A DNA stretch of 63,949 bases, counting the filler, from Perkinsus chesapeaki ATCC PRA-425 (Eukaryota > Protista > Perkinsozoa): NCBI GenBank assembly GCA_013115145.1. It is 10 parts of 10 records of this genome, joined end to end, with 100 filler letters (N's around TTAATTAATTAA, not from the genome) between each part and the next. Parts side by side here need not be neighbours in the genome. Positions count along the whole stretch, not along the records: positions 6,962 to 34,999 come from JAAPAO010000483.1; positions 35,100 to 39,070 come from JAAPAO010001336.1; 8 more parts are not named here. The stretch is one strand, 5' to 3'. Each line of letters begins with the position of its first letter. Positions within the stretch are counted from its first letter, which is position 1. Shown piece after piece: positions 23,916-35,607 of this stretch. The translations under genes were made by a program, and so were the position numbers. The notes below the pieces were generated by a model. The model was not told the DNA's origin. It did no database searches and saw only the letters and a list, made by a program, of their open reading frames with translations.

Positions 23916-25301
23916 GGTCACAAAAGCCTCTAGAAAGCCGCCTTATCAGGGTAGTAATTCCCCACACTAAGTCTACAATTGAATGTATCAAATTTCCAGA
24001 GAGCAATTTAAATGAGGCCCGAACAAGTAAACCATCGACGGCGCCATGTGTCCCATGCGATGTGTGTTTCGGTACACAAAAAAACAGAATCTGTAAATTC
24101 AAGCATGCCAGTGGACTGAAGCTCCTCCACTGTCCACTGGACCGTGGCCAGCGCCCATTTCATGACTCACCATTTCAAGTCAGAAACGATATGCCCCCGG
24201 GAGGTTTCCGTTGAAGTGGGGCACCTGCAGCTTCTAAAACCTGAGTCACCTGAGTTGACTCCGCGCAGCGCCTTATGGAAGTATGTCCTTCCGCGAAACT
24301 CTTGCGTCGAACAATGTCCTCTAATTTATCGTAGACAGTGTTAAAATAGATAGTACTAGCGAGATACAGCTCGCGAGAGGTTTTAACGAGCAACCACCAA
24401 CCATTCTTATCGCCAGAGTCTCAAAGAACATGCACTTCAGTGAGACAAGCCCCATCTCCGAAAAGTGTACACCTAAAATCCAGAGAGGCGCGACATACAT
24501 GGGTCGGGAATGTTCGGGACAATATAATATTCGAGCAGGGACTGACCTATAGAGACCGCAGGCTTGCGGGATACAATGTAAAGTTCCTGCAGATGGAAAC
24601 CCGTACTAACCCGTGCTAAGGTCTAAGGTTATTGCAGTTCGTGTCACGCGAGTTCGCAGGCCGCGAATCACCGCTGAGTCCAGTAGACAAGTCTTATGTT
24701 ATTTGCCCTGTGAGTTGCTGTTTTTAGGGAGAGTAGCATTCTCATTCACTGTGAAGCTAGAGGAGCCTAGACGGCAAGAATTTTGGGGGAGCGTATTTTC
24801 GTCATAACGAAGAGATATCGCTCATTCATTCTCTCCTTCTCGACCTCATCGCACGAATTATGCTCCCTCACGCAGTGCCGAAACCACCCGGGAACATTGC
24901 GAATCGGTTGTTCCCGTGTGAGCCACACGGTGTGACGTCTTCTCCGACCGAGGCTTGCCGAGAGAGCACACGAACGTAGGCCATCGGTTGGTATGTTCTT
25001 CGAGTCCTTATCAGGACTTTCGTGACTGAAAGCTTGTCAGCACAAGTAATGCTGGAGCGAGCTCTTAGGGTTCGTTTCGTTTCCTCTATCAAGCAGAAGT
25101 AGTCGTAGAGGAGTTCGTAAAGCTTCTCTGAAGGATTCCCTGCCGAAGAATAACAGCCGAGTTCCAAAGTCATGGTCCCACAGATGCGTGAATCCAACGG
25201 GCTACAGTGAGAGCTGTGTCAGATAGTTTCGTAGGGTGAAATTGGCCGTACATACTGAATGTGAAATCCTCAGAAGTTCTGAGTCAGAACTTCTGAGCCA
25301 G

Positions 25302-26272
25302 GAGAACCACGAGCCGTGGTCCACGACAGACCCGAAACGTGAAAATCAAAACCGGAATGCACTACGGGAAATAGTCAACACACTCACTGATATAGGTGCC
25401 GTTAGCAAGGTTAATGTTGAGAGATTGGTGGTTGCTCGAGCCCGAATCGAAACATCCGGATCAGGTGAGTGATTCTCATCCCGGGCTAACATAATGCGGA
25501 TCCTACTGTAGTGGTAATATGGCTACATTACCATTCCCGAACTCAGACACTGGGGCATTAAGCTATAAGATCCTCGAGGCAGAAGCGGAACTGGAATTGG
25601 CTGAAGGAGTTTTGAATATAGTGCAGCTGAACGGAAGCCACAATGAAGTATTCAAACCGACCGGAGGATCTGCTCAGCCTCATGCAAGGTCTCTTCGCTT
25701 TCGCGGTCTCTCATGGCTCATCTACTAACATCAGAAATGGCGGAAAGATGCGATCCTCGAGTGATTCAAACAATACGGCACACCGTTCGCAGAATGTGAG
25801 ATTAAGCACAAGTTGAATGATGTTTCAGCTTCTACTCAATCCCGTCAATGATTCACAGGTCGCAAGATCAAGCCCCGCCGACTAACGCTGGCCCATGAGA
25901 TGTGAAAATTTCCTTGTCCACAAGCGGAACGTGTTGCCTTCGCTCACTTTGTTGCAGTTTTATATGAAATGCTTCGGTTCGGGCGAATTCTTTGCAAGCA
26001 GACGTTGTTAGGGAAGCATCAACGACGCGTGCTCGGGGCTTACGTGAGTCCAACGAACTCCCAACGAGATGCCCGATTTCGTCAGGTAGAGTCTTCATTC
26101 CATCATGGCGACATCGACCCTCTCAAACCGAAGTTCCAGTGGGTCGCGGAGCCTTTGAAAGGCTGCCTTTCAAACCGAAGTGAGCCTGAAAGCGGCTCTT
26201 GGCTATCACCACATGAATCGACAGGAATATGCCGACCGTGTCACCAGCCGCCAAGCCTCACACAAGCCTTAG
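25302..26272 (+). CDS. 3' part of a multi-exon hypothetical gene (5' exons probably in 24.5-25.2 kb)
   Basis: Protein-like exons (ENHEPWSTTDPKREN...RIETSGS; NMATLPFPNSDTG...) bounded by GT..AG. Last exon probably EYADRVTSRQASHKP* (TAG 26270-26272). Confidence 0.4.
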
Positions 26273-26283
26273 AGCGATCACCC

Positions 26284-27093
26284 ATGAAGATGTGGAAGGG
26301 AAAGGCCGGTGGGCAGCTGGATAACATGGACCCTAAATTAATATTCACTTGTGGTGCAGGTTCTATATAATATGGACCATATTATTGATGCCTCAGGCCT
26401 GTCTATTGGACGACTGTCTCAGTTTATTGTGCGCCTGCTCACGGTAACTTCATGAGCCATCTTTTTGTCTATATAAGTTCTCAGGGGAAATATCGAGTGG
26501 ATTATCGTTGTATGGATAACAATAGATCTGATAGCGTGATAGTTGTTAATGCGATCCATGCACGGTTTGTTGGGCATACGTGGGACACTAAGATATACCG
26601 GAGTTGGCGGACACGGAAGCGTAAGTTCGTTTCTCGGTTAGTGCATTCAGAATAGATTATAATATTTCCCTTATTCCATGGGACCGAGGCTGACGCCAAC
26701 CGTCTCTTTTACGCATTTCATTCTCTCCAGATGACCCTCTTGGAGCTAAGACTGTCACAGCAAAGCATTTGATGTTTCACAATCCCGCATTACCGGTAGT
26801 CTCCAGCCTACCCTGATTCACCAGACACTCAGCTGAACCTCTGCATCAGACGGATGTTACCAAGTACGCTCATACGTACAGTAATGACGAGAAGGCTGTT
26901 CATCTACCCTGGCGCCATTCATCCTCATTGGAATATTCCACAGGTAAGATCCAACCACTTCAAGGATCCACAACTTGCGATACATCGAGGCCTGCATGTC
27001 GGTGTTGCACACTGCCCTAGCTTGGTGAGATATTGCGGCGCAGTCGCCATTCGACTGCGCAGGCCTCGGCCCGGGGCCCCGGGCTCGCCTTGA
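26284..27093 (+). CDS. MRPL13: Ribosomal protein uL13, mitochondrial/bacterial type, spliced; termini uncertain
   Basis: Exons give HIIDASGLSIGRLSQFIVRLLT|GKYRVDY...DSVIVVNAIHARFVGHTWDTKIY...RMLPSTLIR...RLFIYPGAIHPH, matching uL13 motifs (IDA..GRL, VIVVNA, RMLP, RL.IY.G..HPH). Confidence 0.85.
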
Positions 27094-27238
27094 TCTTGTC
27101 TGGTCCTACCTCTGCGATGATTACATAGCACAGTTCATTAAGTTGCTTCATTCTTCACTAGGGATTACTAACTATATGCCTGGACAACATATCGGCGACA
27201 CCGAGCTTACACTGGGCTTCTGCTATGCTTTAGCTATT

Positions 27239-28050
27239 TCATACGCAGATAAAGAGGTTCAGAAAAGTACCAAAATTTTTTCCTTCGAAAACCAAGTCCG
27301 TGGAGTATTTTAACGATATCCATGTTAGGAGAGTTTCCATGCCAAATTTCAGGTTGATATGAGCAGTAGTTAAGAAGTCGAGCCCTCCACACAAAATTGG
27401 GTCTTTAGATTGCGCGTACTGTAGCTTGATGGTTAGTGTAGGTAGTTGTTCCACGTCCACCGCCACCTCCAGTTTCGGAGCCTGTCTTCACTGTAACGAG
27501 ACCGCTGAACGATGTAAGTTGTCAAAAAGATCCATTTTTTCCAATTGCTCGTGTCACACGAGTCATGTGTTATCCCAGTCTTCGGCGAGTGTGAGGGAAA
27601 GGAGAGCGAGAGGCAAGTAGACAACTTGTCTGAGACAAGTAAGCAGTTGATGATGGTATTGAAGATTATCGTCGATGTGTCCTGTAGAACTCTTGCAAGC
27701 TGCGCAGTCCAGTCGTTCCAGAAAGGAGGCCGCGACAAAACGAAAAGCTGATTTGAAGGCCGCTTCAGCGCCGTAGGCGTGACTGCCTCGCATGTCCACT
27801 CGTTATGTTGTTTCTGAAATATATATTTCCTGTGTTTTTGCAAAGCTGCCGGTCAGGCAATCCCGGGCAACCACCGCGATACGGCAGAACATGCGAACGG
27901 CGGCATCTTCATTCACAATATCACGACTTCCCACAAACACAACCCCTGGGCTCAGACTCGACGAGGGAGCTGATGACGGCGTAAACAGCGTAGTTACAGT
28001 CAGTGGTACTTGAGACCCTACAGTAACCTGTTTATCACGTAACGTAACCA
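27239..28050 (-). CDS. Probable spliced hypothetical gene
   Basis: Protein-like stretches in 27239-27466, 27563-27799 and 27803-28051 with candidate splice sites. No family recognised. Confidence 0.25.
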
Positions 28051-29570
28051 TTATAGTACATGCGCTTGATATATCTTATTCTCGTCTGACGAGGGGTGAT
28101 TCACCCCGGGTGAAAGGTCTTGGTCTCGCCTAGGCCCTGCTGTTGTGCTCATGTTGAGTTCCTTCCCTCGTGAACCTAAGAAAGTTAACAGTGTTAACTT
28201 AACACTCAAAATCTTCGAAAAATGTTCATATTTATTACTCTCAGAGTAATACTCTGGAATATTCCTAGATCTAGATCTACACAACTCGCATCTTGTATCT
28301 CTCGGATTCTCTCCATTCGTTGTGGGCCTGTACTGTATTTTCTGAAGCGAGGATATCCGTTTCGGGTTTCCGCCGGAAACTTTCTGTCCAAGTTATTTTA
28401 CCATACCCACATTACCCCACATTGATGGCTCATCTCCGTTGCCATGAAATTAATATTTTCCAAGTTATTAAAAATGTAATTCAAGCCTTGAATTTCAAGG
28501 GCGAGTTTAACGCAAGACGAATATTACGAATTCTTGACAAATAAGATGTATTATGATCAGTAGTGCAGTACTTGGTAATTATTAAATTATACTGTATAAT
28601 TTATACAGTAGGAATTTTTTGTTTTAGCTTCAATGAAGTCTTCTGTAAATGAGTGATAGCAGCAAGTTATTGGCATTAAATACATCATGTGGTCTGAATA
28701 AGAATTCTGATGCGACTCTAGAGTCTAGAAGTTCTGCGTGTTAGATGCGCAATCCTCATTGCATAATTGCCGACCACCATTTGCATTCCAAGCCAGAAAA
28801 CCTTAGATACGATTATTGTCGTCATCATAGTTCACAAATGCCGCAAGGAATCGATCAGGTATTTCGTCGAGAAAATCCCTTTGTCCAAGGCAAAGTGCAC
28901 AAGGCTGGCAACGTACCCTTTGCCAGCAATGTCATCGTTAAAAAGGCATTTGCCCGGCGAATTTCGCCGTCATGACATTCATTCGCAGTCGTCCATATAT
29001 ATTTCGGAAAGATTCTTTCTTTATAACGTTCTCCACGAAAATGGTCTTGTTGCGTACATCTTACTGAGCAACATTGCCCTTCAACAAAGTAAAGAGCTTC
29101 TCACGTAACAGCGGGTAAATTCAGCAGCAGTGTTGCAACATACATTATCAAAATTAAACCCTTGCTGATAGTATCAGCAAGGGTTTAATTTAGTATCAGC
29201 CTGATGCGAATAAGTAGTAGGGAGATGTACATATTTAGCTGGATCTTTACTGTAAAACGATGTCACATACCAAGACCAGATCGGTTTACGTTTGTATACC
29301 CACTTGTCTACCGCATACAAAAGTAATTGCTCCGGGGACGCTTCGCTGTACAAGTTGTACAAGCTGTACAGTACAACTCGTCGGTGGAGACTTAAAACGA
29401 AGATGCCATAACAATCACGGTAAGAGTATGAATGGACAATCATTGTATGGCAATGCCATAGTGGCATACTTCTTAATCGGCTTATAGAGCCAAGCATCAA
29501 GAAATATGGCCGGCATAAGATCAGTCAAACCACAGGTATTGACTAAATTAATTGTATCTCTACTTTTAGG

Positions 29571-29790
29571 CATCGAATCAATGCTTTCGCACGACTAGCT
29601 GCCATTTTAATCGGCATGTTAAGCCAAGCAGTAAGATAATCTTACTAAGATTGTCAGCTACTAAATGCGCGCCAATCGGTTATATTACCATGTCATCTAT
29701 TTAAACATCGAAGCAATGCTTGTCGCACGACTAGCTGCCATCTTAATCGGCATATTAAGCCAAGCAGTAAGATTATCAGCTACTAAATGC
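29571..29790. repeat. Imperfect tandem duplication (~85-98 bp copies, 135-bp offset)
   Basis: Copy 1 at 29571-29668, copy 2 at 29706-29790; shared TCGCACGACTAGCTGCCAT..TTAATCGGCAT..TTAAGCCAAGCAGTAAGAT...TCAGCTACTAAATGC. Confidence 0.95.
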
Positions 29791-30896
29791 TAATTAGAGT
29801 CACCAGAGTCAGACGGGCGAGAGACCATAGTCTTACTTCCCTTCTCCAATGGCCCAGTGATCATACCCAAACACTGGCCGGTTTTATCATTTTTTGCCTG
29901 AGCTGCACCAGTTTTAACGTTCTTATTGACAACGTTGTGATGCACCAGCGAGGGAACGCCTTCGGCGGAAGCTTCTTACTACCTAATTCCAATTAACGGA
30001 GACGTACGCGTGTAACCGTTCCCAATTTTAGGCGAGCGAGATTATTGCACTACAGTGCAGGAACACTTGCTAATGTGTAGAATGCTCGCCCTGAGGCGCG
30101 TGACTCTACTGTAGCACCTTATCTTTGTGGCGAGCGCTAGACTAGTGAAACGGTTCAGCCGTTTCATCCTAGTATAAGCTGTGTGCAACTCAGATTAGAG
30201 TCTTTTTTGTGATTCAGTAGATCGGATCTACACCTAGGCTACCCGACCATCATCTTGCGCTCTTCTACTTTGCCCTTTCGACCGACACATTGTCCACACA
30301 GACACACGCGCATGAAGCCTAGTGTGGACCACACTAGGCTTCATTCGCGTATCGAAGAACTTCCGGACGCTAAGCCTTACAGTAAGGCCCTTACTCCTAA
30401 ACTTAAGTGCTCGTAGGTTGAGATAGACCAGATCCTCCGTCTTACTATCTTCGCGGGAGGTGTCTCAGTTTGCTGCGCCACGCAGCCTGCGTGTAACAAG
30501 TAAAATATGCCTCATCGAGGATGGCATGCCTCATTTCGGGGAGTTTAGGTTTAAGGTGTTCACGTCGAGCAAAGTACGTTACTCAGCATATTATCATGAA
30601 AAGTGTTGCTCCCAGGCTGCGTTGTTGCGTGCGGCTGTCCTGCTTAGGCTCTTGGCTACATAGAGTAGCTTGTATTACAAGCCTTGTAATCGATAACTCA
30701 AACTAACGAAACAGCTTAATCTAGGATATTTTTCGGTAGAGAGACATTTGCCTCTTAGAGCTCCTAAGTTAGGAGTCCTAACTATCTAGCTCCTCGGCAG
30801 CTCCTGGCGCACTTAATCAAGTGAGAACCCGCATACCAATTCTGTACCGGAATCGAAGTTGTACAAGAGATCTCGGGCTCCAGAACACCGCCTAAG

Positions 30897-31985
30897 TTAG
30901 GCTGCCGAATACCCCTCGATGTTAATCCTACCAAGTTGCTCGCCATCGAAGAGGTAAATGGTATCTCCAAGCAGCGTGGCTGTTACCAGCCAAGAGTCGA
31001 GTTGAGAGGGAAATATCCTGCCCGGATCTCGGGTTCGATCACTCGGGATAATGTGACTGCATAATATCCCGGTGCTATTCACTAACGCTGCTACATTATA
31101 CCACCAATGATTCACCCTGCATATCACGAGGTATGCACAAGGTGCCAAATAGTATGCCCAGATAATAGAGTACCGTGGTGGTACGCGGACCTCGACAATG
31201 TTGAGAAGCGAGCTGAGGGAGCCATCGAACCCTTTGATGGTCAACGAGTTACCGCCGGCCTGCGCTAGCTCCATAACCTTCCCGCCGCTCGTCGAAGACG
31301 GCTTTGCATGACACCCCATCAAGCCGAAATAAGACATCCTTTGTCTGGCTGGAGCCCATTCAAGCCTATCGGTCTTGCCCGACTTGCAGTCCACTTCATA
31401 TATCGTGGTAGAGTCTTTTAATGTGCAACCTATGAGTACTCCTCCGTAAGCGTTAGCTACAAGGAAAGACACTCGCCACCGGACAAGCCTTCGCGGGCGG
31501 TTCACAGGCATACCACCGATGACATAGTTACCTACTGCCTGGCCTGAGGCCAAATGTAAACAGATAAGCTGAGATATTCCTTCGAAGAAGATGAATAGCT
31601 TATCGGCAACCTCATCGAAATAGGAGACAATCCCCCCAGGACGCCCGAATGGCTTCTCAACAAACCTCGTCATGCTCAACGAACCTGATTGGCCACGAAC
31701 GATCGTTCTCAGGGAGATAGAGCTCCTCCACAGGCCAGGGACTTCCGACAAGAACTCGCAGTAGAAGCCCACTAGCGAACATCTTCGACGGAATATACCA
31801 TCGTAACGAGAGGCTGCAGTTGTGGCGCCGCCCAGCGAAAGAGATAACTGGCTTTTACCAATATACTGCTCAATTGTTACTCGTAGCTCATCCACACCAA
31901 GCTTCTTATCATCCCATAACCTGTCCATGAAAGAGATTTTGAGTGCATGCAGGTGCTGAGCACTCAGTATTGGGGGAATAGTCAT
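30897..31985 (-). CDS. Hypothetical protein, 362 aa, intronless, beta-strand-rich C-terminal two thirds
   Basis: Long ATG-initiated ORF; no recognised motif. Confidence 0.65.
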   Translation of the reverse strand: MTIPPILSAQHLHALKISFMDRLWDDKKLGVDELRVTIEQYIGKSQLSLSLGGATTAASRYDGIFRRRCSLVGFYCEFLSEVPGLWRSSISLRTIVRGQSGSLSMTRFVEKPFGRPGGIVSYFDEVADKLFIFFEGISQLICLHLASGQAVGNYVIGGMPVNRPRRLVRWRVSFLVANAYGGVLIGCTLKDSTTIYEVDCKSGKTDRLEWAPARQRMSYFGLMGCHAKPSSTSGGKVMELAQAGGNSLTIKGFDGSLSSLLNIVEVRVPPRYSIIWAYYLAPCAYLVICRVNHWWYNVAALVNSTGILCSHIIPSDRTRDPGRIFPSQLDSWLVTATLLGDTIYLFDGEQLGRINIEGYSAA

Positions 31986-32302
31986 AGGTGTGTTAGTTGG
32001 TTATAAGGACACTTTTTTGTTGCACGCGCACGTCTTGAATTGCGGTCAAAAACCCTCTCCTTCACCTTACTGACAGTATGATTCTCCTCTTAATGCATCT
32101 TCCTGGCAGACCCCATCAAGTATTGACTAACCAAACAATAAGATGGAATTAAATAACGCAGTATCGAACTGGGTATTTATTGTGTATATATCAATTACCA
32201 CTAGAAGGAATTGCCTTCAGTGGTCAAGTGAGATTAAATAATTAATAATCAATGGTGTATTGGATATAGCTCAGTACACATTAGTAATAAAGTGCTCTTT
32301 GT

Positions 32303-34270
32303 TTAGTCGACTTCTTCAACAGTGGGACCAGAGCTTGCACCACCAGTTGCACCGGCACCAGGAGCTGCACCACCGGGAGCAGCACCAGGAGCGGCACCAG
32401 CTTCACCAGCGGCACCCTGGTAGACCTTCATCATGATGGGATTGACAACTGCCTCAACCTCCTTCTGCTTTGCTTCAAACTCTTCCTTCTCACCGAGCTG
32501 ATTCCTATCCAACCATGAGAGTGCATCATCGACGGCCTTCTCAATGGCAGATTTGTCATCACTCGAAAGCTTGTCCTTGAACTTCTCGTCCATTAGAGTA
32601 TTCTTGACGCTGAAGCAGTAGTTCTCAAGAGCATTCTTAGCCTCAACCTTCTCCTTATTGGATTCATCCTCAGCCTTGTACTTTTCAGCTTCATTAACCA
32701 TACGGTCAATATCAGACTGTGATAGACGGCCCTTTTCATTGGTAATGGTAATCTTGTTACTCTTACCAGTGGACTTATCTTGAGCACTCACGTTAAGGAT
32801 ACCATTGGCATCGATATCGAAAGTAACCTCAATCTGAGGAACACCACGAGGAGCTGGAGGAATACCCTCAAGCTGGAACTTGCCCAAAAGGTTGTTATCC
32901 TTAGTCATAGCACGCTCACCCTCAAAGACCTGAATCAAGACACCGGGCTGATTATCAGCGTAGGTAGTGAAGGTTTGAGTCTTCTTAGTAGGAATAGTTG
33001 TGTTACGCTCAATCAATTTGGTCATAACACCACCAGCAGTCTCAAGACCAAGAGATAGAGGAGTCACATCCAACAACAATAGATCCTGAACTTGACTTGA
33101 TCCTTCACCGGTTAAGATAGCAGCCTGAACAGCAGCACCATAGGCGACAGCCTCATCGGGGTTGATGGACTTGGCTGGCTCTTTACCATTGAAGAAATCC
33201 TTGATCATAGACTGGACCTTAGGGATACGAGTTGAACCACCAACAAGAACGATCTCATCGACACCCTTCTTGTCAATACCAGAATCCTTAAGAACCTTCT
33301 CAACAGGTCCCATAGTGTTACGGAAGAGATCCATGTTGAGTTCCTCGAAACGTGCACGAGAAAGAGTGCAATTGTAGTCAACACCCTCATAAAGGGAATC
33401 AATCTCAATAGTGGCCTGGGTGGAAGAAGATAGAGTCCTCTTAGCACGCTCGCATTGAGTACGCAGACGACGCATAGCCCTCTGGTTACCCTCAATGCTC
33501 ATACCACGATTCTTACGCTTGAAATCTTGCATGCAGAAATCAAGGATACGATTATCAAAATCTTCACCACCAAGATGAGTATCACCAGCAGTGGCCTTAA
33601 CCTCAAAGATACCATCTTCAATAGTCAAGAGGGAGACATCGAAGGTTCCTCCACCAAGATCGTAGATAAGGACGTTCTTCTCACCCTGACCCTTCTTATC
33701 GAGACCATAAGCAATAGCAGCTGCAGTGGGCTCGTTGATGATACGAAGGACATTGAGACCAGCAATGGAACCAGCATCCTTAGTAGCCTGTCTCTGGGAA
33801 TCATTGAAGTAGGCGGGGACGGTAATAACGGCATCCTTAACCTTACCACCAAGGAATGCCTCAGCGGTCTCCTTCATGTAACCAAGGACCATAGAAGAGA
33901 TCTCCTCAGCATGGAACTGCTTGAGCTCACCCTTGTAGTGGACCTCAATAATCGGCTTATCATCAGAGCCTCTAACAACCTTGAATGGCCACATCTTCAT
34001 ATCGTGCTGGACAACCGGATCATCGTACTTACGACCAATAAGTCGTTTGGCATCGAAGACGGTGTTCTCGGGGTTTCTAGCAACCTGATTCTTAGCGGCA
34101 TCACCGACTAACCTTTCGGTATCAGTAAATGCCACATAAGAAGGTGTAGTTCGATTACCCTGATCATTGGCTATGATCTCAACGGCATCGTTCTTCCATA
34201 CACCAACACATGAGTATGTAGTACCAAGATCAATTCCAATAGCAGGTACTTTATTAGAAGATGACGACAT
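32303..34270 (-). CDS. HSP70: Cytosolic heat shock protein 70
   Basis: [22 protein letters not shown] and [14 protein letters not shown] signatures; C-terminal GPTVEEVD; intronless, 655 aa. Confidence 0.99.
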   Translation of the reverse strand: MSSSSNKVPAIGIDLGTTYSCVGVWKNDAVEIIANDQGNRTTPSYVAFTDTERLVGDAAKNQVARNPENTVFDAKRLIGRKYDDPVVQHDMKMWPFKVVRGSDDKPIIEVHYKGELKQFHAEEISSMVLGYMKETAEAFLGGKVKDAVITVPAYFNDSQRQATKDAGSIAGLNVLRIINEPTAAAIAYGLDKKGQGEKNVLIYDLGGGTFDVSLLTIEDGIFEVKATAGDTHLGGEDFDNRILDFCMQDFKRKNRGMSIEGNQRAMRRLRTQCERAKRTLSSSTQATIEIDSLYEGVDYNCTLSRARFEELNMDLFRNTMGPVEKVLKDSGIDKKGVDEIVLVGGSTRIPKVQSMIKDFFNGKEPAKSINPDEAVAYGAAVQAAILTGEGSSQVQDLLLLDVTPLSLGLETAGGVMTKLIERNTTIPTKKTQTFTTYADNQPGVLIQVFEGERAMTKDNNLLGKFQLEGIPPAPRGVPQIEVTFDIDANGILNVSAQDKSTGKSNKITITNEKGRLSQSDIDRMVNEAEKYKAEDESNKEKVEAKNALENYCFSVKNTLMDEKFKDKLSSDDKSAIEKAVDDALSWLDRNQLGEKEEFEAKQKEVEAVVNPIMMKVYQGAAGEAGAAPGAAPGGAAPGAGATGGASSGPTVEEVD

Positions 34271-34843
34271 AGTGTATTTTAAATTCTAGCAAATGAATGA
34301 AATGAAACTGTTTGATGTATTGAATGTCTGAAAATAGCAGCCTTATTGTGCATCGCTAAAGGGGGACACTTTTGTGTTCATGTCATCTCAGCGTAAGATC
34401 CTCCAAGGTAAAGCTCGTAACTTTTCAACACCACTCATCGAGCAAGAGGCCTCCGAGAGAGGAAGGACAGGGTAAAGGCTTGCAATTGAAGGTCCAAATC
34501 GAATGCCCACCTTAGACATGTATTCCGAAAAATGAGTGGAGAGACTTATGGATTTATCCTTCAGGCATTTACCAATATGTGAAGTTCACTAGATTCCACT
34601 AGTGCCTTCTATACCAAAATGATATTATGACTACACGCATTTGTATTCGTTTTTAGTCCTCGCATCGTCACTTTTCTCTTCAGTGAAATCAAACGCGAGA
34701 GCTAGTGTTACTTATGACGAGGGATGTGTTCATTCTACGTGACATGGGATACTCTCGAGAAATCGACAATCGATCGAAATAAGACCATCTTGACACGGAT
34801 CTATCTTTTCCCATCCAACTACTAACTCAACAAAAACGGATCC

Positions 34844-34999
34844 TAAATAACGCAGTATCGAACTGGGTATTTATTGTGTATATATCAGTTACCACTAGAA
34901 GGAATTGCCTTCAGTGGTTGAGTGAAATTAAATAATTAATAATCAATGGTGTATTGGATATAGCTCAGTACACATTAGTAATAAAGTGCTCTTTGTTTA
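34844..34999 (-). repeat. HSP70: 3' UTR and stop codon of a second tandem HSP70 copy (CDS lost in the gap)
   Basis: About 156 bp with only a few differences from 32150-32305, ending on the TAA stop (34997-34999) at the gap edge. Confidence 0.9.
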
Positions 35000-35099
35000 N
35001 NNNNNNNNNNNNNNNNNNNNNNNNNNNNNNNNNNNNNNNNNNNTTAATTAATTAANNNNNNNNNNNNNNNNNNNNNNNNNNNNNNNNNNNNNNNNNNNN

Positions 35100-35607
35100 T
35101 GAGCCGGCGCCAACGCTCTGCCTTCAACAGTCCCGCCGTGCTCGGGAGCGTCTTGATGCCATCAGCTTGTAGTATGGCTCCACGAACAAGACTGGGTAGG
35201 AACTCGATAATGACATCAGTGGCTTCCTGGCTAAGGAGATGATCGCCCGTCGACCTACAGGCGAGTCGCATCCACTGGATGATGTAGTTACCAAGGCCGT
35301 CACTGTCGAGGTCATCAAGGTATTCGACTAGGTCGGCGACCTCGCCCAGGGTGCCAAGCGGGTTTATCACCAAGACCTTCGACACCTCTTGGGCGAACTG
35401 CTCCGGGTCTATGTTCCGTCCGCCGGTCGCTGCCTTCTCTAGGAGGTTGAATAGAACCTCATCAAGGTCGTCCAAAGAGGGCCTTATACTGAGGGCGGCG
35501 GCAGCATCCACCGTCGTACCAGTGAAGATAGTCCTCAAGGGTGGCAGGGTCCCGGCATCGGAGCCAGATGTTGTTGCATTGCCACCCTGGACTGAACTCT
35601 GAGCCAT
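35100..35607 (-). mobile_element. Intronless ORF running into a gap; possible retroelement gag-like N-terminus
   Basis: ATG 35607 (MAQSSVQGG...), GC-richer and helical, contig-end position; no diagnostic motif. Confidence 0.3.

Noticed and set aside
33455-34111. 218-aa and other plus-strand ORFs over Hsp70
   Set aside because: Antisense shadow frames caused by strong codon bias, a well-known feature of hsp70 genes.
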